Of a DNA stretch of 48,188 nucleotides, positions 27,945-37,431 are shown piece by piece. The notes beneath the pieces are model-generated. The model saw only the letters and a program-made list of their open reading frames with translations, ran no database searches and was not told where the DNA came from. Position 1 is the first letter of the stretch. Each line of letters begins with the position of its first letter. The DNA is from an uncultured Micavibrio sp. (GTDB taxonomy: Bacteria; Pseudomonadota; Alphaproteobacteria; Micavibrionales; Micavibrionaceae), in contig CAZMZK010000001.1 of NCBI GenBank assembly GCA_964570705.1, positions 1 through 48,188 of the forward strand, written 5' to 3'. The position numbers were made by a program, and so were the translations under genes.

Positions 27945-28913
27945 ATGGGCATGCCGCGACACACACACGACACGGGTATTTTACGTCTGATCAATGCATA
28001 TCTTCACCGCAACAAAGTCGGTGAAATTCTGGTGGCGCACGGAAAATTAACGGTGGATCAACTCCGTGAAGCGCTGCACCTTCAACGGCACGATTCTGTC
28101 CCGTTGGGCCATCTTCTTATCAATCGGGGAATTATTACCCGCTATGAATTGGGAAAAGCCCTTCTCACACAATCCGCACTCAGAACCATTGTGGCCACTC
28201 TCACCCTGTTAAGCAGCGTCACATATTTTTCGCCACGTCAGGCGTTGGCCGGACAAGAGGAGGCTATTCCCGCATCCATCACGGTTGCTTATCTCCCTCC
28301 AGGGGCGATGGACTCTGAAATCGGGACAAACGATGCGTCTTTGTTCGGAACCAGTGAACGATCCTCGACAGATCTGTCATCGTTTACCAAATGGACCGGA
28401 ATGTTTGATCGTTTTACACAAGAGGTTACTGCCGGACGATCACAGGAGGCAATCCAGAAATGGCGAAAAGCGTTGGCGGCGTTTCGCGGGCTGCCTTTGC
28501 AAGACATGGCCCGTGATGTCAATGATATGATGAACAAAGTGCGCTATATCGGCGACAATCGCAATTGGGGAAAATCGGATTATTGGGAAACTCCGGTCGA
28601 GTTTTTGACCAAGGGTGGCGACTGCGAGGATTTCGCGATTGCGAAATACGTTTCTCTAAGGGCTTTAGGGGTTCCTGATAAAGCGATGCGTGTCGCCATT
28701 GTGCGGGATTTGCAGAAAAACATTCCGCATGCTGTTTTGATTGTCTACACCAGCCAAGGCCCAATGGTTTTGGATAACCAGATCAAAACCATGACCAAGG
28801 CCAGCGAGATCAAACATTATAAACCGATCTTTTCGATTAACCAGACAGCGTGGTGGCTTCATTCTGACCGCCCAACGTCCAATCCATCCCAGATCGCATC
28901 GGCGGCCAGATAA
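27945..28913 (+). CDS. MshEN-like (T2SSE_N) c-di-GMP-binding motif + single hydrophobic segment + bacterial transglutaminase-like cysteine proteinase (BTLCP, LapG family)
   Basis: The N-terminus reads KVGEILVAHGKLTVDQLREALHLQ-RHDSV-PLGHLLINRGIITRYELGKALLTQ (nt 28014-28172). A hydrophobic LRTIVATLTLLSSVTYF follows. The C-terminal domain carries GGDCEDFAIAKY, PHAVLIV and VLDNQ (Cys-His-Asp contexts of Peptidase_C93). The start is ATG 27945 or 27951 (ORF-track GTG 27897). Confidence 0.75.
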   Translation: MGMPRHTHDTGILRLINAYLHRNKVGEILVAHGKLTVDQLREALHLQRHDSVPLGHLLINRGIITRYELGKALLTQSALRTIVATLTLLSSVTYFSPRQALAGQEEAIPASITVAYLPPGAMDSEIGTNDASLFGTSERSSTDLSSFTKWTGMFDRFTQEVTAGRSQEAIQKWRKALAAFRGLPLQDMARDVNDMMNKVRYIGDNRNWGKSDYWETPVEFLTKGGDCEDFAIAKYVSLRALGVPDKAMRVAIVRDLQKNIPHAVLIVYTSQGPMVLDNQIKTMTKASEIKHYKPIFSINQTAWWLHSDRPTSNPSQIASAAR

Positions 28914-28922
28914 AGCAAATAG

Positions 28923-29660
28923 TTACACCATCGCCATACCACCGTTCACATGCAGGGTGGCCCCTGTCACATAACCGGCTTCTTCGGATGCCAGATATGT
29001 AACGGCCGCGGCAATATCACCCGCAGATCCCATCCGCCCCATCGGAATGGTGGCCGAGATTTTTGCCTTTTGATCATCCGTCAAAACTTCGGTCATCGAG
29101 GTCGCAATAAAGCCAGGCGCCACACAATTGACCGTAATGTTGCGCGATGCAATTTCCTGCGCCATAGCTTTGGACCAACCGATCATTCCGGCTTTGGAGG
29201 CCACATAGTTGCATTGCCCGGGATTTCCCATCACACCCACAACCGATGCAATATTGATGATACGGCCCCAACGGCGTTTCATCATGGCGCGTTGAACCGC
29301 TTTCGCCAGTTTAAAGGTCGCGGTCATATTCACAGCAATGACCTCATCCCATTCTTCATCTTTCATCCGCATGGACAAATTATCGCGGGTTAATCCGGCA
29401 TTGTTGACCAGAATATCGACTTGCCCCATGGCTTTATCAGCATCTGCCACCAATGCATCAACCGCATCCGGCTGCCCCAAATCTGCGGGAAGAACAAAAA
29501 CACGTTCCTTCAAATCCGCCGCCAAAGCATTCAGTTTATCGGTATTACGACCCGATATTCCTACGGTCGCGCCTTGGGCATGCAGCGCACGGGCAATAGC
29601 CTCGCCAATCCCGCCGGTTGCTCCGGTTACCAACGCTGTTTTTCCACTCAGATTAAACAT
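28923..29660 (-). CDS. fabG: 3-oxoacyl-ACP reductase
   Basis: 245-aa SDR with TGATGGIG, NNAG and YVASKAG motifs and the typical FabG C-terminus (ATLHVNGGMAM). Confidence 0.9.
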   Translation of the reverse strand: MFNLSGKTALVTGATGGIGEAIARALHAQGATVGISGRNTDKLNALAADLKERVFVLPADLGQPDAVDALVADADKAMGQVDILVNNAGLTRDNLSMRMKDEEWDEVIAVNMTATFKLAKAVQRAMMKRRWGRIINIASVVGVMGNPGQCNYVASKAGMIGWSKAMAQEIASRNITVNCVAPGFIATSMTEVLTDDQKAKISATIPMGRMGSAGDIAAAVTYLASEEAGYVTGATLHVNGGMAMV

Positions 29661-29785
29661 ATTGAGATCCCCTTTTGTATCGTTCTGCGGTGTTTATTCT
29701 GGGCTCCCTTTTAAAGCATTCCCCAACATTATTCCACCCCATTTGTTATTCATAAATTGGGAAAAGAGGGAGGAAAGAGGCACTT

Positions 29786-31168
29786 CTACACACAACCTTC
29801 CCGTAACAAGGCAATCACATCATCCAGATGGCCAATTTCTTGAATCCGCAATCCCTCAATCGCCACGTGTTTTTTCTTTTGCCCGGCACGCGACATAATG
29901 CAGGCCTCACTAAAGCCCAATTTGGCCGCCTCTTTCAAACGTTGATCCGGTTGCGCCACCGCGCGGATTTCACCGGATAACCCCACCTCGCCGAAAAACA
30001 CGGTTTCCGCAGGCACGGGACGCCCCTGAAGAGCCGATACCAATGCGGCGGCAACAGCCAGATCGGCGGCCGGTTCGGTGATTTTCATTCCGCCCGCCAT
30101 ATTCAAATAGACTTCACTACCCGAAAAGGCCAACCCACAGCGCGCCTCCAAAACCGCCAAAATCATCGATAACCGGTTTTGATCCCATCCAATGACCGAA
30201 CGGCGCGGAGCGCCATAAGGGGCGGGCGCCACCAAAGCTTGCACCTCGACCAGAATCGGGCGGGTGCCTTCCATTCCGGCAAAGACCGCACTGCCTGTCA
30301 CATCCGATTGCCGCTGGGACAAAAATAGAGCGGACGGGTTCGCCACTTCCGACAATCCCAATTCCCCCATTTCGAACACACCGATCTCGTCGGTGGCCCC
30401 GAAACGGTTTTTGACAGTCCGCAAAATGCGGAATTGGTGCCCACGATCGCCTTCAAAATACAAAACAGTATCCACCATATGTTCCAGAACACGCGGGCCG
30501 GCAATCTGGCCATCTTTGGTCACATGTCCGACAAAAAAGGTCGAAATACCGCGTTTTTTGGTGATCCGGATCAATTCTTGTGCCGCGGTGCGGACTTGGG
30601 TCACAGTGCCAGGAGCGGATTCGACGGTGTCCACATACATGGTCTGGATCGAATCAATGACCAGAACATCAATTGGGGCCTCTTCCAATGTCGCGGCAAT
30701 TTCCCGCACATTGGTGGCCGATGCCAACGCGACGGGGGCTTTATCCAACCCCAGACGTTGCGCCCGCAAGCGTACCTGATCCACCGCCTCTTCTCCGGAA
30801 ATATAGACACAGCGCAGACCTTTTTGGGCAAGAGCACACACCGCCTGTAATAATAACGTGGATTTCCCGATCCCTGGATCACCGCCCAGCAGAATCGCGC
30901 ATCCGGGGACCAACCCGCCCCCCGTGACACGGTCAAATTCGTTCAGTCCTGTGGTATGGCGGGTAAGGGGTTTTTCTTCGGAAAATTGTAAGCCGAATAA
31001 TTCCAGAGACTTTCCTTTTTTTCCGCTCCCCAAACCTTTGGGCGGCCCCGATTCCACGATCTCTGCGACCAACGAATTCCATTCGCCACAGGCTTCACAT
31101 TTTCCGGCCCATTGAGAGGATACCGAACCACAGGATTGACAGATATAGGATGTTTTTGCTTTGGCCAT
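29786..31168 (-). CDS. radA: DNA repair protein RadA/Sms
   Basis: An N-terminal zinc finger (YICQSCG...KCEACGEWNS), Walker A GDPGIGKST, the KNRFG motif and a Lon-like C-terminal domain. Confidence 0.95.
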   Translation of the reverse strand: MAKAKTSYICQSCGSVSSQWAGKCEACGEWNSLVAEIVESGPPKGLGSGKKGKSLELFGLQFSEEKPLTRHTTGLNEFDRVTGGGLVPGCAILLGGDPGIGKSTLLLQAVCALAQKGLRCVYISGEEAVDQVRLRAQRLGLDKAPVALASATNVREIAATLEEAPIDVLVIDSIQTMYVDTVESAPGTVTQVRTAAQELIRITKKRGISTFFVGHVTKDGQIAGPRVLEHMVDTVLYFEGDRGHQFRILRTVKNRFGATDEIGVFEMGELGLSEVANPSALFLSQRQSDVTGSAVFAGMEGTRPILVEVQALVAPAPYGAPRRSVIGWDQNRLSMILAVLEARCGLAFSGSEVYLNMAGGMKITEPAADLAVAAALVSALQGRPVPAETVFFGEVGLSGEIRAVAQPDQRLKEAAKLGFSEACIMSRAGQKKKHVAIEGLRIQEIGHLDDVIALLREGCV

Positions 31169-31186
31169 AGGCCAGAGAGTATCAGA

Positions 31187-32065
31187 TTAATGGAGCAATT
31201 CAAGGCCAGCAGGGCGACCAGCTTTCGAAAGATCTGGACGAGGCATCATTGGATCAACATAGCTGGATTCCTGAACGACATGAATACCCGCCTCCCGCAG
31301 CATAGGCAACATAAAGTCATCTGTCTTCCGGAACCCCTCCAGAATCAATAGGGCATGAGGGCATAGGCGAGAGATGGCCCAAATATGATGTATAGCTATT
31401 TCTGCATCCAACAGATCTCGTTTTTCTCCAGTGCTCACTGCTTTCCTGAAACGAGCAGCCATATGATGATCAAATTTGATGGCATCAATAAATGCAAAAA
31501 TGCCAAGACTCTCTAACTCCCGCCAAGAAAAAGGATCGATATCATCCAAAGCAATACTAATCCCCATTTCCTTTAAGCGCGCAAGAACTTTAGGATTATA
31601 TTCTGGTGGAATGCGACTGTGACCATCCATTTTTGCTTCCGAAATTTCGAACATAACCCTCTGTGGATCATGCTCAATTTTTTCTAAGACTTTTATCAAT
31701 CCTTTACTATAGGCGGTTCGCGAACAAAGATTGATACTAACCCCTTCTTTATATTGCAGAGATTTTGGTAATGCCTTTTCGAGAAGAATAGCATCAACTT
31801 CTGCGTCTAAACCAAGTCGATGACAATTTTTATAGAAATCCTCAACCGAGCCATTCGCAACAATCCGGAGACTCTCTTTCTCAGGCTTATTCAAAATCTC
31901 ACAATGTGGAATACCAACCGACTTTGGCGGAAGAAGAGCCCCTTCTATAAGAACAAAATCCTCAGAACTCGAAGTGCTAAATTGAACACCCTCAAGAATA
32001 TGCTCTCGCATTCCCAGCCAAGCATTCTCTGAAATACTTAAAAAATCTTGACTGCAACTTCCCAT
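31187..32065 (-). CDS. stand-alone divergent EAL-domain protein (putative c-di-GMP phosphodiesterase)
   Basis: The EAL-domain landmarks appear in the right order: CEILNK (EAL), VSINL (N), FEISE (ExxE), IALDDIDPF (DDFGTG position, divergent), IKFD (KxD), ILEGF (EGVE position) and VVQE (QG position). Ends 18 nt upstream of radA. Confidence 0.6.
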   Translation of the reverse strand: MGSCSQDFLSISENAWLGMREHILEGVQFSTSSSEDFVLIEGALLPPKSVGIPHCEILNKPEKESLRIVANGSVEDFYKNCHRLGLDAEVDAILLEKALPKSLQYKEGVSINLCSRTAYSKGLIKVLEKIEHDPQRVMFEISEAKMDGHSRIPPEYNPKVLARLKEMGISIALDDIDPFSWRELESLGIFAFIDAIKFDHHMAARFRKAVSTGEKRDLLDAEIAIHHIWAISRLCPHALLILEGFRKTDDFMLPMLREAGIHVVQESSYVDPMMPRPDLSKAGRPAGLELLH

Positions 32066-32274
32066 AGCTTTTCACTCATTTTCTGTATTCCACGAATTAT
32101 ATTAATTCCAAAAAGCAAATATAACAAGAAATAAAAATACGAAAAAGTATAACGGGCTATGATAAATGCCATTTCAACGGCTTTGCCAAAAATATTCTCC
32201 GGATTTGGGGTTGAGATTTGGAGGAAAAAACCCTAGTTTGGCAAGGTAATAATATTTTAAAACAGGACCTTCCG

Positions 32275-33519
32275 ATGACCGACGATTTTTTCTCTTCCCC
32301 TTCTGACACGCCTGTCTCATATCCCGCCCAAGGTTCTGTGAAACCATCAAAAATGCGCCGGATATTGGTCCGTGGGGGAATTTTGTTGGTGGTTCTGGCC
32401 TTGTTGGGTGGCACCGGATTTATGTTCACGATGAAACTTAAATTTGCCGATTTTCAACCACCGATGGCTCCGGCCAATGTGATCCTGACTCCTGTCGAAT
32501 CCCATGCGTTTGTTGACCGGATCGAAGCTATCGGGACGACAACCGCCAATGAATCCGCCGTGTTGACGGCCACAGTCACCGAAACGGTGAAAGCCATCAA
32601 TGTGCAAGAAGGTCAATTTGTGACCAAGGGCACGTCTCTTGTTGACCTGAATGATGCGCAAGAGCAAGCGACGTTGAACGAGGCGTCTCAATCTTATAAC
32701 CGTTACACGAAATTGGTAAAAGACAATTTGGCAAGTCCCGAAAAACGGGATCAAGAGCAGGCCAGTTTTAATGTTGCCAAGGCCCAATTGGACAAACGAA
32801 AAATTGTGGCGCCTTTTGATGGATTTTTGGGGATTCGTCACGTGAATGTCGGGGATATTGTCCAACCCGGAACGGTCATTACCACCATTGATGCTATTGA
32901 TCCGATTAAATTGGATTTTACGGTGCCCGAAGTGTATCTGGCGGATATCAAACAGGACATGGAGATTCAGGCAACAACTGCCGCATGGCCGGATGATGTG
33001 TTTACCGGAAAAATCTATGTGATTGATTCGCGGATCAATGCGGATTCCCGCGCTTTTACGGTGCGGGCGGTCATACAGAATCCTGATCATAAGCTGAAGC
33101 CCGGTTTATTGATGAAGGTCAATGTTATTCGCAATACCAAAACGTCTCTGGCCGTTCCCGAGGAAGCCATTCAATCGGCGGGAGAGCGGAAATCTGTCTT
33201 TGTTGTGGGGGCCGATAAGAGTGTCGCCGAAAAAGTCATTCATACCGGACAACGGGAACCCGGATTGGTCGAAGTTCTCGACGGTCTGTCGGTGGGAGAT
33301 AAGGTGATTGTCGAGGGTCAGATGAGGACCAGAGTCGGGGCCACGGTCAATATTGTCGGTGAAAAGACGATTGCCGAGGTTATGTCCGGAGATGCTCAAT
33401 ATTCCAATGACCGCAAGCAGGAATCGTTGAAAACCGATTACAAAATCGAACCCCCGAAACCAGATACCAAACCAGATACCAAACCAGAAACAACAACAGG
33501 CGGGCAAAACGCAAAATGA
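32275..33519 (+). CDS. RND efflux periplasmic adaptor (membrane fusion protein)
   Basis: ATG at 32275 with SD agga. A TM anchor (ILLVVLALLGGTGFMF), HlyD_D23-type lipoyl and beta-barrel strings (IVAPFDGFLG, FTGKIYVIDSRI) and a C-terminal KPDTKPDTKPET repeat. 4-nt overlap with the permease gene. Confidence 0.85.
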   Translation: MTDDFFSSPSDTPVSYPAQGSVKPSKMRRILVRGGILLVVLALLGGTGFMFTMKLKFADFQPPMAPANVILTPVESHAFVDRIEAIGTTTANESAVLTATVTETVKAINVQEGQFVTKGTSLVDLNDAQEQATLNEASQSYNRYTKLVKDNLASPEKRDQEQASFNVAKAQLDKRKIVAPFDGFLGIRHVNVGDIVQPGTVITTIDAIDPIKLDFTVPEVYLADIKQDMEIQATTAAWPDDVFTGKIYVIDSRINADSRAFTVRAVIQNPDHKLKPGLLMKVNVIRNTKTSLAVPEEAIQSAGERKSVFVVGADKSVAEKVIHTGQREPGLVEVLDGLSVGDKVIVEGQMRTRVGATVNIVGEKTIAEVMSGDAQYSNDRKQESLKTDYKIEPPKPDTKPDTKPETTTGGQNAK

Positions 33520-36500
33520 TCCTTTCCGATATATCGATCCGTCGCCCGATTTTGGCGACGGTTATTAACGTTCTGGTGATAATTATTGGTCTTGTGGCCT
33601 TTTCCCGTTTGGAATTGCGGGAATATCCGGATATTGATCCTCCGGTCGTCTCTGTTCAAACGACGTATACGGGTGCATCGGCACAGGTCATTGAAACCCG
33701 CGTGACCAAAATTCTGGAAGACAGTATTTCCGGTATTCAAGGCGTGAAATCCATCGATTCCAGTTCGCAGGACGGGGTATCCACCATATCCGTGGAATTT
33801 GCTTTGGATCGCAATGTTGACGAGGCGGCCAGCGACGTACGTGACCGCGTACAGCGCGTGCAACGCCAATTGCCAGACGAAGTGGATGCGCCCCAAATTT
33901 CCAAAGTGGATGCCAATACCCAACCGATTTACTGGATTACGTTTCACAGCCAGTATCGCAATGGATTGGAACTGACGGATTATGCGACACGGTATATCAA
34001 GGATAAATTGTCAGTGGTGGATGGTGTCTCGCGTGTCCAGATCGGGGGAGAGCGGCGCTACGCTATGCGGATATGGTTGGATCGCAACGCCATGGCGGCG
34101 CGCGATTTGACGGTTGTTGATATCCAGAATGCATTAACGTCCCAGAACGTCGAGTTGCCAGCCGGACGGGTGGAATCCTTGGGACGGGAGTTTTCTGTCC
34201 GTGTTGATCGTATGTACAACAACACCGTTGATTTCAGCAATTTACCGATTAAGCGCAGTACGGACGGCTATGTCACCCGTTTGAAAGATGTGGCTAAAGT
34301 CGAAAAAGGCGCTGAAGATGACCGGCGGGAATTGCACTTTAATGGTATCGCCACCATTGGCTTGGGGATTGTCAAACAATCGAATGCCAATACGTTGGAT
34401 GTGATCAAGAATGTGAAGGCTGAAACCGAGAAAATCAAAAAAACACTGCCTGCCGATATTACCATGGAAACGGCCTTTGACTCGGGCTTGTTTATTGAAG
34501 GGGCTGTCCATGAGGTGTATTTCACACTGGGGTTAACTCTGGCTCTGGTAATTCTCGTTATCTGGGTTTTTCTGGGGGATTGGCGCGCCACATTGATTCC
34601 TACTCTGGCCATTCCAGTCTCATTGATCGGGGCATTTATCGTTTTATGGACGATGGGATTTTCGATTAACCTCTTGACCTTGCTGGCACTTGTTCTTGCG
34701 ATCGGTCTGGTGGTGGATGATGCGATTGTGGTTCTGGAAAACGTTTATAAACGCATTGAAAAAGGCGCGCCACCTTTGGCATCGGCCCAGATCGGGACCG
34801 AACAAGTGGCCTTTGCGGTGATTGCAACAACCCTGGTTCTGGTGGCTGTGTTCTTGCCTGTGTCGATGATGTCGGGTAACTCCGGACGGCTCTTTACCGA
34901 ATTTGCATGGGCGATTATTGGCTCGATTCTGTTTTCGGCGTTTACAGCCCTTTCCCTGACTCCGATGTTGTGTTCCCAGATTCTCAAACGTGGATCCACC
35001 GGACATGACGGGGAACATAAAACCAATTTCCTCACCGCATGGGTGAATAAAAAACTTGATGGGCTATCGGTCAGCTATGCGGGTCTTCTGGATAAATTGT
35101 TCCGGCGTCCGTTGCTGGTGGTCGGTTTTATGTTTGTGATGCTCGCGCTGGGTGTTTTTTTCAGCAAATATATCGCCTCAGAATATGCTCCGAAAGAGGA
35201 TCGCGGGTATTTCCTTGCGTTTATGCAAGCGCCGGAAGGGGCCTCGCTTGAATATACCAAACGCAATCTGGCGATTGTCGAACATAAATTGGGGGGGCTG
35301 TTGGCGCCATCCCCGTATAACACCAATACAGGCACAGGCGAAGCCCATGGCGTTGTGACGATTGTCCCGGGAAATTTCAGCTCGACAGGCGCGGTTAATT
35401 CGGCCTTCTCGTTTGTCTTGCTGGAGCCATGGAGCCAGCGCCATCGTTCGGTCAGCAAAATTGTCTGGGGTGACTTTATGAAGGGCACGCCCGGATTATT
35501 TCAGGACTTTTCCAGCATTCCCGGAATTATGGCCTTTCCCATTGAGCCTGGGTCTTTGGGGCAATCCGGATTCTCGCAACCTGTCCAGTTTGTGATCGCC
35601 GGAACCGATTATGCCGAATTGGCTAAATGGCGCGATCTGTTGAAAGCCGAGATCGCATCCAATACCCAGATCCGCAACGCGGATTGGGATTACAAAGAAA
35701 CTAAACCCCAATTGAGAATCGAGATTGATCTGGCCAAGGCCGCCGAAATGGGGGTCAGTATTTCCAATATCGGGTCCACGCTACAAACCTTTATGGGCTC
35801 TTTGCAGGTGACCGATTATCTGGATAAAGGGGAACAATATGACGTGATCCTCCAAGGGGGTGATGGAGACCGCATGCGGCCTATGGACATGACGGGCATT
35901 TATGTACGTTCTGACCGCACAGGAACGCTCATTCCGTTGTCAAACTTGATTACCTATATCGAGACAGCGGATTCTGGATCCTTGAACCGCTATAACCGTC
36001 TGCGGGCGATTACATTGAAAGCCAACCTGGCCCCGGGCTATAGCTTGGGACAGGCTCTGGAGTATCTCGAAACATCGGCGCGCAAAGTTCTGCCACCGGA
36101 GGCCCGTATTGATTTCAAAGGGGAATCCCGTGAATACAAAGAAAGCGGTGCGGCAATTTATATGACTTTTCTGTTTGCCCTGATTGCTGTCTATCTGTTT
36201 CTGGCGGCGCAATTTGAGAATTGGGTGCACCCGTTTGTCATTATGATGACGGTCCCTCTGGCCGTGGTCGGGGCATTGTGGGGATTGTTCCTGTCAGGAG
36301 CCACCCTGAATATTTATACCCAGATTGGATTGATTATGCTGGTGGGGCTTGCAGCCAAGAACGGGATTCTGATTGTGGAGTTCGCCAACCAGTTGCGGGA
36401 TGAAGGGCATGAATTTATCGATGCTCTGAAAACGGCGGCCTTGGCACGTTTGCGTCCGATCCTGATGACATCTTTTGCGGCAGCGGCAGGGGCAATCCCC

Positions 36501-36707
36501 TTGATCTTTGCCACAGGGGCCGGTGCCGAAAGCCGTTTCCCGATCGGGGTTGTGATTTTCTCGGGCGTGATTTTCTCGACGATCTTTACACTGTTCGTGG
36601 TGCCAAGTTTCTATGCCATGTTGGCGAAACACACCCAATCACCTCTGTCTACCACCCGTAAGCTCGAAGCTGAACTGCGGGCGCTGGAAGGTGAAAAACA
36701 GTCATAA
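33516..36707 (+). CDS. RND (AcrB/HAE1-like) efflux permease
   Basis: 1063 aa with an N-terminal SIRRPILATV and 12-TM architecture with two large periplasmic loops. VVDDAIVVLEN motif present. Confidence 0.95.
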   Translation: MILSDISIRRPILATVINVLVIIIGLVAFSRLELREYPDIDPPVVSVQTTYTGASAQVIETRVTKILEDSISGIQGVKSIDSSSQDGVSTISVEFALDRNVDEAASDVRDRVQRVQRQLPDEVDAPQISKVDANTQPIYWITFHSQYRNGLELTDYATRYIKDKLSVVDGVSRVQIGGERRYAMRIWLDRNAMAARDLTVVDIQNALTSQNVELPAGRVESLGREFSVRVDRMYNNTVDFSNLPIKRSTDGYVTRLKDVAKVEKGAEDDRRELHFNGIATIGLGIVKQSNANTLDVIKNVKAETEKIKKTLPADITMETAFDSGLFIEGAVHEVYFTLGLTLALVILVIWVFLGDWRATLIPTLAIPVSLIGAFIVLWTMGFSINLLTLLALVLAIGLVVDDAIVVLENVYKRIEKGAPPLASAQIGTEQVAFAVIATTLVLVAVFLPVSMMSGNSGRLFTEFAWAIIGSILFSAFTALSLTPMLCSQILKRGSTGHDGEHKTNFLTAWVNKKLDGLSVSYAGLLDKLFRRPLLVVGFMFVMLALGVFFSKYIASEYAPKEDRGYFLAFMQAPEGASLEYTKRNLAIVEHKLGGLLAPSPYNTNTGTGEAHGVVTIVPGNFSSTGAVNSAFSFVLLEPWSQRHRSVSKIVWGDFMKGTPGLFQDFSSIPGIMAFPIEPGSLGQSGFSQPVQFVIAGTDYAELAKWRDLLKAEIASNTQIRNADWDYKETKPQLRIEIDLAKAAEMGVSISNIGSTLQTFMGSLQVTDYLDKGEQYDVILQGGDGDRMRPMDMTGIYVRSDRTGTLIPLSNLITYIETADSGSLNRYNRLRAITLKANLAPGYSLGQALEYLETSARKVLPPEARIDFKGESREYKESGAAIYMTFLFALIAVYLFLAAQFENWVHPFVIMMTVPLAVVGALWGLFLSGATLNIYTQIGLIMLVGLAAKNGILIVEFANQLRDEGHEFIDALKTAALARLRPILMTSFAAAAGAIPLIFATGAGAESRFPIGVVIFSGVIFSTIFTLFVVPSFYAMLAKHTQSPLSTTRKLEAELRALEGEKQS

Positions 36708-36829
36708 TTCGGACGTTTTGACATGCCTTTTGTCTGTTGACGCGTACGCCCTCTATTCGTGGAGGCAAGATCCTGTTAAACTCATCGCTGTTTGGTTGAT
36801 GATTTTATCCCTTCTGTGAGGAGACTTAC

Positions 36830-37414
36830 ATGCCTATCTATCGCACACTTATTTGTTTGGCAGCCTTTACCTCTGCTGTATCTGTTCTGGCGGGGTGTGC
36901 GCCGGGTGATCGTGCTTGGCAGGAGAGTTCCTCCCATACCGTTTTTGGCGCACAATCTTCCCCGAAGGGATATAGGTATCAGGATGATACGCCTTTATCA
37001 TCTCCGGCTCCTTCGTCCCCTTGGATTGCATCGGCTGTAGCGCATGATACAGAGCGTATGACTACCAATGCTGTGGCGTGGAAGGGGGCTGTGTTTGAAT
37101 TGGTTGCCCAGTTGGAGAAAACATTGCCACAAAATGGGGCGCCGATTCGCGTTATGCCGGAAGAAAAATGGTTCGCTGGAACATCGGCCCATACCACATC
37201 CTTTGACCATTATTTGCGTCAAGCATTGATCCAGAAGGGGTATCACCTGACAACGCAACCTGATGCGGGGGCGTTGGTGATGTATAAAATGACCAAAGAC
37301 GCGGCCAAGAAAGATACCTATGTCTTGACGGCGGCGTCCCGGGTGGTTAAGGCCGGAACGCCTGTCTCTGTTCCTGTCTCTGTCGTTGCCATTCTTCCCT
37401 ATGAAGAACAGTAA
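36830..37414 (+). CDS. hypothetical lipoprotein
   Basis: 194 aa with signal peptide and lipobox (AVSVLAGC). No recognisable domain. It is too small and not beta-barrel-like, so it is not an outer-membrane factor for the pump. Confidence 0.55.
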   Translation: MPIYRTLICLAAFTSAVSVLAGCAPGDRAWQESSSHTVFGAQSSPKGYRYQDDTPLSSPAPSSPWIASAVAHDTERMTTNAVAWKGAVFELVAQLEKTLPQNGAPIRVMPEEKWFAGTSAHTTSFDHYLRQALIQKGYHLTTQPDAGALVMYKMTKDAAKKDTYVLTAASRVVKAGTPVSVPVSVVAILPYEEQ

Positions 37415-37431
37415 GGTGGACCTGCGTGGTG

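Noticed and set aside
32347-33090. 247-aa reverse-strand ORF opposite the RND adaptor gene
   Set aside because: The + strand encodes a recognisable membrane-fusion protein translationally coupled to the permease, so the reverse frame is a shadow ORF.
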